Part shown: piece after piece, positions 46,617 through 59,600 of the stretch | Position numbering within the stretch: position 1 is the stretch's first letter | Layout of the letters: each line of letters starts with the position of its first letter | Assembly (NCBI RefSeq): GCF_032191835.1 | Contig: NC_083238.1 | Location: forward strand, 49,910,001 to 49,974,000 | Length of the DNA: 64,000 nucleotides | Origin: Heteronotia binoei | Taxonomy: Eukaryota | Direction of reading: 5' to 3' | Translations under genes and position numbers: made by a program | Notes under the pieces: generated by a model | The model's input: the letters and a program-made list of their open reading frames with translations, nothing else | What the model was told of the DNA's origin: nothing | The model's database searches: none

Positions 46617-49600
46617 CAGGGGTCCTCAAACTTTTTAAATAGGGGGCCAGTTCACTGTCCCTCAGACTGTTGGAGGGCCGGACTATAGTAAAAACAAAAA
46701 CTATGAACAAATTCCTATGCACGCTGCATATATCTTATTTTGAAGTGAAGAAACAAAACGGGAACAAATACAATATTTAATATGAAGTAAAGTTAAATCA
46801 ACAAACTTACCAGTATTTCAATGGGAACTATGGGCCTGCTTTTGGCTAATGAGATGGTCAATGTCTGGTTCCGTATTTGTCACTGCTAGTCGTAACAAGT
46901 GATGCAAGTGTGCATCCGTTAGTCTTGATCTGGTTGGAGATTTCAGATGTTTCATTCTAGAAAAAGTCTGTTCACAGACATAAGTGCTGCCAAAGATGGT
47001 TGCCATTTTGAGTGCATGGTTCCTGAGATGAGGATATATCTCAGAGGGGAGAGATGCATAGAAATTATGAAGGCTGCTTGACTTGAATGCGTCTTTCAGA
47101 GAGTCACAATTCTGCAGTTCAGCCAGTTCCATTTGGTAAATTGTATCCACATTTTCAGTGTCAATAGAAAATGGGTTACGGAAAAGCTGTATGTCCTGTT
47201 CATGGAGATGAAGCTCTTTAAATCTAAATTAGAACTCCTTTTGCAATTTTTCCAGTGAATCCACACGTTTTGTTTGGGAATGCAATCAGCGGTTTTTCCG
47301 CTAACAGATTTTGAGTTGTGGGGAGATGGCAGAAGTTTTCCTCCTTCACTTGTTTGATGAGGAGGCCTAATTTTACTTCAAATGCTTTGACATGTGATTG
47401 CATATCACAGATGAGCTTCCCCTTTCCTTGAAGTTGCATATTGAAATTGTTGAGTAGCTCTGTTACATCTGTCAGAAAGGCAAGGTGCCATTTCCATTCT
47501 GCATCATTGAGCTCTGGTACTTCTTTGTTTTTTGAAAGCAGAAAAGTTGTAATATGTGGAAGTAAGTCATAGAAACGTTCCAAAACTCTCCCTTGATTCA
47601 GCCAACGGACTTCTGTGTGATATAGAACATCTTCATACTCAACATTTAGCTCAGACAGAAATTCCTGAAATTGTCTGTGATTTAGTGCATTAGCTCTAAT
47701 GAAGTTAACACAAGATACCACAATTTTCATAACAGAGTCCAAATTCAGTGATTTACTACACAGCGCTTGTTGGTGGATGAGGCAGTGTATGGCTATTGGA
47801 TGAGAATGGTTATGTTTGTCCATCTCTTGGTTAATGCAAGCAATTACTCCTTTCTTAGACCCCACCATGCTAGGAGCACCATCAGTTGTCACACTGGCTA
47901 GTTTAGCCCAGTCCAGCTCCAAACCATTCATAGTTTGGCAAACCTTTTCATAGATATCCTCTCCTGTAGTTGTTCCTTTGATGCTTTGCAGTGCAGCAAG
48001 CTCTTCTATGACTTCAAAATAATCATTCGTCCCACGAATAAAAATTAGAAGTTGTGCAGAATCACGAACATCATTGCTTTCGTTGAGTGCCAAGGAAAAA
48101 TATGACATTTTTTTTGTGGAGTTTTGCAAATGCTGATGCAGATTGTCTCCCATTTCTTCAATCCTCCATGTAATTGTAGGTCCGGAAAGACTCACTGTAC
48201 TAAATAAATCGGCCTTCTCTGGACACATCTCTTTGGCAACAGAAAGAAGGCATTCTTTAACAAATTCTCCCTCCACGAATGGTCTGCCAGTGCGTGCTAT
48301 TAGCTTGGCAACGTGAAAACTTGCTCGCAGTGATGAAATATTTAGCTGCTTCTGCTTCACAAAAATATTTTGCTGAGTTGTCAATGTATTTTTCAGTTTT
48401 AATATTTTATCTTTTCTCACTTCTCCAACCAAACAATCATATTTATCTTTATGTTGAGTTTCATAGTGTCGATGTAAATTATATTCTTTGAACACAGACA
48501 CTATATTCTGGCATATCAGACATACAGCTCTTTCCTTGTACTGCATGAAAAAGTAATCATAAGTCCACTGTTCTTTGAATATCCTACACTCCGAGTCAAT
48601 TTTTCTTTTTCTTGACATCATTATTTCCTAGGGATTCCAAATTGCTATTAGTAAAATACCAAAATATATATACAGCGCTACAAAAACAATATACCAGCAA
48701 TAACTTTGCCCACACAGAGACATACAGACTGCAATGCCCAACTTCCTCCAAGCTGCCTCTGCGCTGTGATGCCTCCGTTTCCGGCACTCTCTCTCCCGCT
48801 CTTCACGCTCCCGCTTCTGACCTTCACTGCACACAAGTCACCGCTCAGGCGGCCCTCCCAAATGCCCTGGCTTCCTCTGAATCCTGGGATCAATTCTCAA
48901 GATCCAGCACTGCATGATCGTATGTGCTGCACTCGTAATTTATCATAATCGCAGGCAAGACTGTGCATATATGTATATAACTGTGCGATATATTGTATGT
49001 GCAGAATGAGCTTCAGTGACAAATCGTACATTGGGGCTTCCGGGGGAGGTCATCATGTGACTTGAAGCTGCACAAGTGTATGGGGACCTTAAGAATCTGG
49101 AGGGGGATGAAGAAGTACACCAGCTCTGCACCCCTTCATACTCAGGATAAGTGGGGGGCACTAAGGTCAGACCCCCAGTGATTATAAGGTGATGACATGT
49201 GTTAGCAATATTCCATCTCTTTATGAAACAACACACACACAATGATAAAACTGATGACCACAACACCCAGACATGAGGTCACTATGGATACAGGGCCACG
49301 GCCTGGTACCAGGAACCTCACTCTGGGTGACAATAGCAGTCAGTACCGCAACATGCGCTAGAGAGGAAGCCGTTACATTGTCATTACAGCATAATGACAA
49401 TGATAAGGTCAAGCTGGGACTTGTAGTACTAACTGTTACTATACCCGCGCACCAGACACAGCCCATCTATTCCCCTGCAGTGGCCGTGACATGCGCAGCA
49501 TGCACTGTACATCCCCTGTGCCTGTCTGTTGTGGTGGCTGTCGTTACTGTACAAGGCCGTGGGCCATCAGTTCTCTGTCTTCTGCATCTCTCTCCCTTCC

Positions 49601-49812
49601 CCACACCACACACCCCGGCCTGGGAACTCACCTCACCTCGGTATCGCCTCACACTCTGTCTCCGCCGCCTCAGCCCAGTGCCGGAAGTGTGCGTTGCTAA
49701 CGAGTTTAGGTCGAACGTCACTTCCGGTCTAATTTTGTCATAACCCGGCAGGCCGCATAAACGTCCTCAACGGGCCGCATCTGGCCCGCGGGCCGTAGTT
49801 TGAGGACCCCTG
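46617..49812 (-). mobile_element. Full-length hAT (Charlie group) DNA transposon, OC1/OposCharlie1-like, 3196 bp
   Basis: 16-bp TIR CAGGGGTCCTCAAACT at both ends. Perfect 8-bp TSD CTCTATAG (46609-46616 and 49813-49820). Internal hAT transposase. Confidence 0.93.
46818..48621 (-). pseudogene. Disabled hAT transposase (BED-like N-terminus, DDE core, C-terminal dimerisation domain)
   Basis: ORFs 47224..48621 and 46818..47150 join into one ~600-aa transposase across a frameshift near 47265 and an in-frame TAA at about 47226. The first catalytic Asp reads Asn (LALNES). TDGAPSM, HCLIH, VRWL and GSTYVCEQTFS are retained. Confidence 0.9.
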
Positions 49813-52161
49813 CTCTATAGCATTATACCCCATTGAAGTCTCTCCCTCCTCAAATCCTACCCTCCTCAATCTCCACCCTCAAAATCTCCAGGATGGTATT
49901 TCCTAGCTTAGAACTGGGAACCCTAGCAAGCATCTGTAGGACCTGGAGATCTCAGAGAATTACAACTGATCTCTAGGCAAGATCAGTTCCCCTGGAGAAA
50001 ATGTCTATTTCAGGAGGGTCGGCTCTATGCCATTATACCCCACTGAGCTCTTGCCCCTCCCGTGGTTCTACCACCAAAAGCTCCAAGTATTTCCTAGCTA
50101 TAAGTTGGCAACCCTCTCAAGTGAGGACCCTTTTCTCTGCCTTGGTCTCCCTTTGCCTCAGCATGAGGTGATCAAATGAGTTGAAGGCATCATCAGCTTC
50201 TTAACTTTGTTCCAGGTAAAGACTCTTAGCAAGTATTTTTTTTAATACACTTGGGAGAAAGATGACGGTATCTGTCTATGAGTTACCGGGAGTTCTTAAT
50301 ATAGTGGAGCCTTGAATGATGCAATTACTCACTTGCAGTTCATCTGCTGGCAAATATCATCTCCTGCAGTCCCAAAAGAGTCGAGACAGAGCACATCCCC
50401 TCAGGATTTTGCTCCCACAAACCATGGAAAAGAATGGAACAATCAGGGCTTATTGATTGGCATTAACTCCCAAAGGAGCCTTCATGGCTTCAGTTATTTG
50501 GAAGCAAATCCCCTTGAAATTAACTGGATTTTTGCTTTACACGCACAAACGTTTCAAGGTTTAGTCCTCAGCTTCTTAAGTTAAAGCATCACAAGTAGCA
50601 GGACTGGGTTGGGATCAGTGGACCAGGATTGAAGTAGCTTGACAAAAGTATCTCAGTACAAAGTAACTTCCATGTGTTCATATGAAGACAGTGTTGTGTA
50701 GTGACTAAAGTAACCCTGCGTCCAGATGCCTCTTCTCATTCAGTGGCCCTGAGCAGTCACAATCTCTCTGCCCATCTTACATCACTGGGTGGTTTCGAAC
50801 TGGAATTATACAATCCTTAGGAAAGGTCAATATTGAAGAAATAAACCTGTTGCATTTCTGAGTATCAGGGTGCAATTTAACACCAAAACAGTGGAACCAT
50901 AACCTCCTACTATTGCCTACTACTGTGGAAAACACTCGAACTGACCTTGGGCAGCCAATCTCCAGGTGAGCTGGGAACAGGCAACAATGCTCCTTGCCAA
51001 AAACACCTCTCGATCTATTGTACCGAAGAAAGTGATCTTTATAATAAAATTCAAAGTGATTACAAAATGTTCCGTGGGAATTGATATTCAACAAATAAGA
51101 ATCTGAAACATTTTGTAATCACTTTGAACTTTATTTTAAAAAATCACTTTATTTGGTACAAGAGACTCAAGAGGTGTTTTTGGCATGGAGCGGTATGGCT
51201 TGTTCCCAGTTCTCCAGTCCGTGTGTGACTCTTCTCAGGTTTTGCCGTTTAAACCTCCAGGTGAGGCTTGGAGATCTGGAATCTTTCATCTGATCTCCAG
51301 ATGAAAGAGATCCATTCTCTGGAGAAAATGGCCGCTTTGGGTGTGGAATATATGGCACTGTGTTGAGTTCCTTCCTCTCCGAAACCCTATACCCCCAACT
51401 TCCTCCCCCAGGTCTCCAGGATTTTCTCATCCCAGAGTTGGCAACTCTTCATGGTCACTTATATATGCTAATTTGAACATATGAAGATTTATTATAATTA
51501 CTTAACAACTGAACTTTAATGGGACAAAAGTGCTGAAAAATAATGTCAGTCACCAATACCCAACTTCATAGCAAACCAAGTTAATATACAAAATGATCAG
51601 GATGCTAATTTTTAATGAAAAAAAATCTATGTGTGTCTTGCATTCAAGTACTCTATATGATGAATATCACTAATTTCTTGTGCATCAGGTGGAATTAGGA
51701 TTGCTAGCTCTGGGTTGGGAAAGGCCTGGAGATTTTGGGGGTGGAGGCTCTGGAGGGCAGGGTTTGGGGAGGGGAGGGGAAGGGCCTCAGCAGAATATAA
51801 TGCAGGGATGGCCAAACTGCAGCTCATGAGCTGCATGCAGCTCTTTTACACATATTGTGTAGCTCTTGAAGCCCCCCACCCCACCCCATTGGCCAGCTTG
51901 GAGAAGGCATTTCTCTCTTTGGATCACATTGCCAAGCCAGCTGGTGGCTTGGAGAATGCATGTAAAGTTGCTTTCCTTCAAGCACACTTTGTCAGTGCTT
52001 GACACATGAAAGCTAACACCCAGAATTAAACTTTGTTGGTCTTGGACTCGAAGTTTGTTTAGTTGCTTCAGACCTGCATGGCTACCCACCTGGAAGGTGC
52101 GACTGCACTCGATTTGGACATCCAACTGGTATTTCTAAAACAGAGAAATGGCCTTTGGACA

Positions 52162-52175
52162 CCACCAGATGGCGC
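52162..52175 (+). promoter_or_regulatory. Candidate CTCF site
   Basis: CCACCAGATGGCGC is a near-perfect CTCF core in apparently non-repetitive sequence. Confidence 0.55.
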
Positions 52176-53214
52176 TGCAGAGTCTAGCATGAATCTGCAA
52201 ACTTCAAGAGCATGTCTTTCACCGTCCGGCTCTTTTTCACCGCTAGGGTTTCATTGATTGCATAAGCTATCCAGCCTTTCTTATGGTCTTTATTGTGGGG
52301 TTAACGTAGACAGCACAGCTTCAAAATGAACTTAGAAGAGTTTTTTGGTTTTGGACGCAACAATTGTCTCTGCCGCTTTCTGAAGTTCGCAACTGGGCTC
52401 TCTAAACAGAAGGAAGAATGATTGATTTGCTCCAAGCATTACCTCCTTGGTGTATGCTGTGCTTGACAGGTCCAAGTTTAACCATTTGGCACTGGTGTTT
52501 TAGGAAAGTTGGTGAGGCCAGGTGCAGGGTGCAGGTGAGGCCAGGTGCATTTGCCTAGGGCACTGGCGGGGTATGTGTGACGAATTCGGCCCTCCCCAAA
52601 CTCTTAGGCAAATCCCTCATTTGCCTTGAAGTCTGCCCTCCCCAGCCTCGTCCTCCCTTCCTTCCCCACCATTTCAATGCCCTGGATCACATGGGAAGGA
52701 AGGGGGGGAGGAGGAGGCAGTGGTGGTGGCCACTCTTTCAGTGGCTCTCTCGTTCTTCCCGCTGCTGCTGCCCCCTCAACCCCACACTGATACTGATTAC
52801 GCTGGAGGGCCGGCATAGGAGCAGTGGGCCTCCGGCGCCCTTTTACCCAACAATCAGCTGATTGGTGGGGGGCTCTTTAAACAGCCTAGGAATCGTGGTG
52901 CTCCACCACCCCTCTCCGGGCATTGAAATGGTGGAGAAGAGAGGGAGGAGGCTGGGGAGCTAGGAAAGGGCCACCAGCAGCTTGTCACCCGTGCCAGCGG
53001 TGGGGTGTGCCACCGTGGAGGACGGCAGTGGGCCATGAGTCTGCCTGGGGTGCCATGCGCCCTAGGGCCGGCCCTGGCCTGGTGAAGCTTTCTCCCAGCA
53101 AGGTTTTTGATTGGCCATGGAAGATTTGATTGACTGTACAGATCTTTAAAAAACACTGCTTTGGCAGCAGCTGCAGCCACAACACAAAAGTCTTCACTGC
53201 CTGACTGAAGCTCA

Positions 53215-53335
53215 GCTGTGGTGGCCATTTTGTGGCTGGTTCTGCCTGCTGTGGCAGCCATTTTGTGGCTGGTTCTTCCTGCTGTGGCAGCCATTTTGTG
53301 GCTGGTTCTGCCTGCTGTGGCAGCCATTTTGTGTC
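53215..53335. repeat. 33-bp minisatellite (GCAGCCATTTTGTGGCTGGTTCTGCCTGCTGTG), about 4 copies, inside a MITE
   Basis: Read directly from the sequence; produces the spurious MAATAGRTSHK repeat ORF. Confidence 0.8.
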
Positions 53336-55815
53336 AGAATGCCAAAGGTGCTCAGAGCCTCAGAAAGGTTGGGAACCACTGTCCTAAAATATAGGTGCTA
53401 GTAAGTGTTTCCCAGATGGACTCTTCCTGTCTGTTGATATTCAGATTTACAAGGGATGTATCATGCAGATTTTGTGTCCTTAAAACATCTATTTACTTTT
53501 TCAAGAGCTTTCTCTCCCCGACCCAAGTAATACACTATTTTCACGAAGGGTAAACTCGTTTTGGAATTATTGCTGAATTGGAGACCACCATAACAGGTGC
53601 TTTCTTTTGTCTGTTTTCCTTGGAACAAACACCGTGTATAGATGTTTGCGGTGGGAGTCAAAAGCAGGTTCATATGACCAAGTTAGCAGAGGAAGATGTC
53701 AAGTGGTCGCAAATATTAACACTGCTGCATCGAGCACTTGAGCACAAATAATGCTTTGTTGAGCTTGATTCAGCAGCAGAGGCGGCCAGATGACAAGTAT
53801 CTTTGTAGCGCATCACTACATTTCACACTCCCTTTCAGGGTAGGTTTGTTAGAAAGACTTGCCAGACCTTGAAATTTCTCACAAAAAAAAAAAAATGTTT
53901 CAAGTCAACCAGAGTGGGAGGACTTTCTCAATGCTGCAAGGAGAAGCTGGGAAACGGTTATTCTCCTTTCCCTTTCTTTGTGTTTTTCTTAATTAAAACT
54001 TTATTGTGTTTCGGACAAGGGTGACTGAACTTCGTTCGCATTTAGTAAGCAATGCATAACTGAATCCCCCTTGCCCCTTTTTGTTGGAAAACTGTGTTGT
54101 ACTGTTTTTGATGTGTTTGAAGCGCCGTCGATTTGCTTCTGACTTGTGGCCAATTGTTGTATATATGAACTAAAGCTGTGTGTTAGTCCTGGCTCATTGG
54201 AGCCTTTAGGACTGATCTTGGGGTCTCAGGAACAATGGGCAGTAGGATCCAAATCCCTGCTGCCCTGCTCCAATCACGGCCCCCTGCTGGTTTGAATGAT
54301 CCAATAGTGTCCTTAGGCGGGAACCTTGATGTGTATATAGTTGGCCCTGTTGGCCCAGTTCTACAGTCTTCGAGTTCAGCCCTTGCCATGCTATGCTTAC
54401 TAAAAGAGCTATGGTCACTACCACCTCGCTTCTTCCTTGCGTCGAACCCACTATATTATACCAACCTATGGATTAATGCCTTCTTGCAACAGTTCTTGCA
54501 AACTGAGGGGCCTCGCTTCCTTGATTGAGTCCATCTCTCTCATGTTGGGTCATCCTTTCTTCCTCTTGCCTTCAACTTTTCCTAGCATGATTGTCTTTTC
54601 TCAGGGCTTTTTTTTTGCAGAAAAAGCCCAGCAGGAACTCATTTACATATTAGGCGCACCCACGAAACCACCATTGTTTCACGCACTGCTTTTTTTTGTA
54701 GAAAAAGCCCAGCAGGAACTCATTTCCACAACCCCTGACACCAAGCCAGCCGGAACTGGTTTGGTGTGAGACCCTGTTTGAGAGAGTTTGGTATGAGAGC
54801 CAGTTGGGTGTAGTAATTAAGTTTGCGGACTCTTATCTGGGAGAACCGGGTTTGATTCCCCACTCCTCCACTTGCAGCTGCTGGAATGGACTTGGGTCAG
54901 CCATAGCTCTGGCAGAGGTTGTCCTTGAAAGGGCAGCTGCTGTGAGAGCCCTCTCAGCCCCAGCCACCTCACAGGGTGTCTGTTGTGGGGGGGAGAAGAT
55001 ATAGGAGATTGTAAGCCGTTCTGAGTCTCTGATTCAGAGAGAAGGGCGGGATATAAATCTGCAGTCTTCTAAAGAAAAAGCCCTTTCTTTTCTAGTGACT
55101 CTGGTCTTCTTGGGATGCTTTGGCGCAGTCGATTAGAAGCCCATTTACCTTCTGCCAAGATGTAGCAGTTTTAGTTCTGAGGATATTTCCACTTTTTCCA
55201 TAAGCTGGGGTCTCACAAGGGTTGTCAACTTCTAGGTGGCACCTGGAGATCTCTTGCTATTACAACTGAGCTCCAGACTACAGAGATCGGTTCCCGTGGA
55301 GAAAATGGCTGCTTTGGAAGGTGGGTTCTATGGCATTGTACCCTGCTGTGGTCCCTATCTTTCCTAAACCCTGCCACCCCTGGTTCCATCCCCAATATCT
55401 TCAGGTATTTCCCAGCCTACAGCTGGCAACCCTATGTCTCACGTTCAGGGTCTGGGCAGTGCCACCGTAAGCAGAGTTTTGCCCTTCAAGTAAATTCCTT
55501 AGGATGGCACTGAAAGACACAGAAGCGAAAAAGCAGTTTTGGCTGACTCTTGGTTTCACGTCACATGCAAATCAGTACAGTAGACTTACAAGGCAATCCA
55601 AAATGGAGTCCTGTCCTTCTGTGCCCATTGATTTCCATGGACTTAGGTCCAAAGCCAAACTAAATATTACTGTTTCTAAAGAGCTGGGTCCAGAATCCCA
55701 AGCTGTAGGCAGAGTTGCCAGTGAAGGGCGAGATATAAATCCAACTCTTCTTCTTCTTCATCATCTTCTTCTTCATCTCCTCCGCCTCCTGCTGCTGAAG
55801 AAAATTAACTCTATG

Positions 55816-56600
55816 TATTGATTTAGACTCCCTGGCTAACTCCAATGAAACCTATATATTCCAAACAATTCAAAGGAGAATCCTGGACATTGATTTACAA
55901 CTAATAAAAGCCGGAGCAGAGGCGACATGTTCCCCCCATTTCCTGGGCCTTGCCTTCCGGCAAAACTCTACAGCTCAGTACTTTTCCAGCTTAACAATAT
56001 CTTCTCAACGCAGAGCATTTTTGCTGGCCAGACTCAACATATTCCCTTCAGCTGTGGTTACAGGCAGATACGAGAGTATCCCCTATGAGGAAAGACCCTG
56101 CAGATGTCTGTGTAATGAACCCGAATCTGTTCAGCATATCTTCTTAAACTGCCCGCTGTTTACTCGGCTACGTTTATATTTGATTAGTCCTCCTTTTCAA
56201 CTCTCTAAGACTGCGACCAATGGAGGCATTGAGTTCTTGCTAGCAGACAAAACCCCTCAAGTTCCTGAACAGGTGGCAGAGTTCCTGACAAATGTACTCA
56301 GGGGCCAAGAAAAAGTGGAAAGAAAAGAAGGAAGGGCGGGAAGAGCAAGTGAGAGAAATAAGGTGTATCTATGATTCCTCTTTGGATAGTTACCGTAAGC
56401 TTTTTACTATAACCATTTTAATTACTGTACTATTTGAGATTATTGTTCCAAACTTTTATCACTTTGTCCTATTATTATTACTACACATAATGCTACCAAT
56501 CGGTGTGCTTTGATTGTTTCTCCTTGTTGACATATAGGCTGATTTGCACTGCTACTTTTTTTTTTTAAATTGTTATGCCAATAAAGGTTTTTGGAATTGG
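55816..56600 (+). mobile_element. RTE-X-like LINE 3' fragment
   Basis: RRAFLLARLNIFPSAVVTGRYESIPYEERPCRCLCNEPESVQHIFLNCP (C-terminal Cys/His knuckle), ending in an AATAAAGGT...GGAATT tail. Confidence 0.65.
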
Positions 56601-59600
56601 AACTGGAGAGCCTTCCTGACCTCCTCAGGGAAGGTGTTCCACGAGGTGGGGAGCCACAACAGAGAGAGCCCTGTCCCAGCAATTGTTGATTTTGTCCATT
56701 CAGAGGCACCTGCAGAAGACTTTGCTCAGATGACCTGACAATGCACAGGGGGAGAGTCAGTCTTGCAGATACGAGGGTCTGAGGTCGTGAAGGGCTTTGT
56801 TTCATATGAAACGGAGCTTTCTCCAAACCTGCTGCCTAATTGGGATGCTGCTGTGCAATGGCAAACATCAGGTTTCCACATCAGGAACGGAAAATCACGT
56901 ATTCAAAGTGCAGAACTGGATTTCAGCCCCCACCTCCACTGTGTATTTCTCACTTCAGCCAGAATACCTCTTTGTGTGTGGCTAATTTTAAGTCCAGTAG
57001 CCCCTAAGAGACCAAAAAGATTTTTGGGGGTATAAGCTTTCAAGAGTCAACATGCCTTTAATCAAAGAAGAGGGTGACCTGGGCCCCTTCTAGGGTTGCC
57101 AGCCTCGAGGTGGGGCCTGGAGATCTCCTGCTTTTACAACTGATCTCCAGCTGGCAGAGATCAGCTCCCCGGGAGAAAATGGCTGCTTTGAAGGATGGAC
57201 CATGGCACCCTCCGTGTTCCAAACCGCATCCTCTCCTGGCTCTACCCCCAAAGTCTCTGGGTATTTTCTAACCCAGACCTGGCAACCCTAGTCCCTTTGG
57301 CTGCCAGTTGTCTAGGATTTCCACATCAGAGTTGGGAAATACTTGAATATTTGGGAGTAGAAACTGGGGAGAGTAGGGTTTAAGGAGGGGAGAGATCTGA
57401 GCGGGTTATAGCCCCAGAGAGTCCGCCCTCCAAAGCAGCCATTTTCTCCCGGGGAAACTGATCTCTGTAGCCTGGAGATCAACTCTAATTCTAGAAGATC
57501 TCTAGGTCTCCCCTGGAGGTGGAAAACCCTATTATCTTTTCCTGGATTGTGCCTAACTAACCATGCAGTTTTAAGAACACTTTTGAACCAAGCCTCATGC
57601 AGTAGCCTTCAGTAAGAACCCTAGATATCGGCAGAACTCAAACAGAACACAGTATCTTATTCCAAGACACTATAATACGAGACAACACATCCAGTTACTA
57701 TGTTAGATTACACAGAGAAGCCATCCATAAACTTAAACACAAATTCAACAGGAAGGAAGTTTAAAAATGAATAGGGCATGGCTTCCAGTCCTGAAAAACA
57801 CAAAATGCCTTACAACTTACAACAGCACTACAGAGAAGATTAGAATTTCAATAGCTAATCCATATACAAAAGAACCCCCTCAGGTAAGCTCCTCTATTAG
57901 CATGTCAAAGCCCAGGAAGCTCCTACAAGACAATGACTCAGTCCTACCCCACCTGCCTGAGTCGATATAAATTACCTGCCTACCAACTTCTTCTCAATTT
58001 GACCCAGAGAGAACTCCAGTTTTCTGGGGATGCCAGTCACAGTTGCTGGTGAAACATCAGCTCTCACAATGCCAAGACCACAGCCACACACCCCGGAAAA
58101 TCTACAACAACAATTTAGATATTTATTTATTTATTTAAAAAGCTAGCAGTGTCTGCTTATATTTGATTAAAAAAAAAAAAACTTTGGGCGCCTTTCCTTT
58201 GATTGAAAATGGCAGCGCTTGGATCCAGAGCAATTACGATATGTGAATAAAATGCAGAGGGGGAAAAAACCACCACCATTTCATGTTCTGTGATCACCGC
58301 TTTCTATGTTTCTAATGGGCTTTTCACCATTGTTTTGTCTGAATCTATTATTTCTCCCCCCCCCCCGCTTTGTGTTTCTTGAGACGTCACCCCCGCCACA
58401 AGAATCCTTAAAACAGACTTAATAGTAGAGTTCACAGCCATTATTGCAAAGGCTGTAACACAAATACTACATTTATGTCTGAGGGGAGAGGCAGGGGGAG
58501 AAAAAAGAATACACACCAGATGTTAATTAGCGCATTTGTTTTTATTTTTTCCTCTACCTCAGCAATCTGGCATTATTCCTCTGTTCACTGTAAAGATCTT
58601 TGTTTCTTTCCAGAGTCTCTGGATCATAAACTGTAAAGACAATGAGTCAGATATTCTAAAGGGGGCAGGGGAGGCAAAAACCTCAGAGAAACATTAAACC
58701 CTTTCTCTCGTCCATAGTATATATTAAGTAGAACATTTTGCAGCGCTTATTTATCCTAAGTGAGTTCTTCCCACCCCCTTCTCTTGAATTGTTTACGAGC
58801 AGGACGGTTTTTCGAAGAATTCGCGTTCATTGGAGGGCAGGCGCCGAACTCATGGGCTGGTTGTGCCGACACAGGGCCGGTGGGCTACTGCTAGGCCTCT
58901 CTCCTGAGGTAGCTCAGGATTTGGTTGCCTGGTCCCTCTTGGCAACCGGCAGGGGATGGGAGGGTGGACTTACCGGGAGCAGGAGGGAGACCCAGCCGAT
59001 GTTTCAGTGATGTGCCTACATCACTTCCAATGTGACCCGGAAGCATCACATTGGGGAATGCTCTGGGATTTAGGTAAAAACTCTATGGTCAACGTGGCTT
59101 CTACGGTAGAGTTTTTGCCAAAATACCAGAGCATCACCCTAATGTCTCTGGAAGTAACACGGGCACATTGCTGAAATGTTGGCTGGGCCTCCTTTTTCGG
59201 AGTAACTTCTCCACACTTTCCAGCTGATCAGTGGGGGGCCGCAGGGCCTGGTAGGGGACCCCTGCCTCCACTGGGGTGCTGGAACTCTCAAGAGGGCAAT
59301 GAAGGAGAAACACCTGGGTGCCCCTCATGAACTTTTAAACATTTTTTGAGGATTTTGTTTCCACAAAGAGGTTCCAGAACTCCATTCTACTGTGTTCCCC
59401 CCGGGGGAGGGGGGAAAGCGCTGTTTATATCTCACAACTAAGCAGGTCTTCCAGATGAGTCAGAGGGGCAGTGAGGGGGGGGTCCCCTCAGTTTCAAGAA
59501 CAGTCCTGTCACAATGGTAATTCTGTTCTGAGGTTGTCTGCATTCTTTGGTCTCCATCCTGCAGCCTCAGATCCTGTGCTCTGAAGAGGCGGGGTGGTTG

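Noticed and set aside
52854-53327. 157-aa ORF with MAATAGRTSHK repeats
   Set aside because: Translation of a 33-bp minisatellite inside a MITE.
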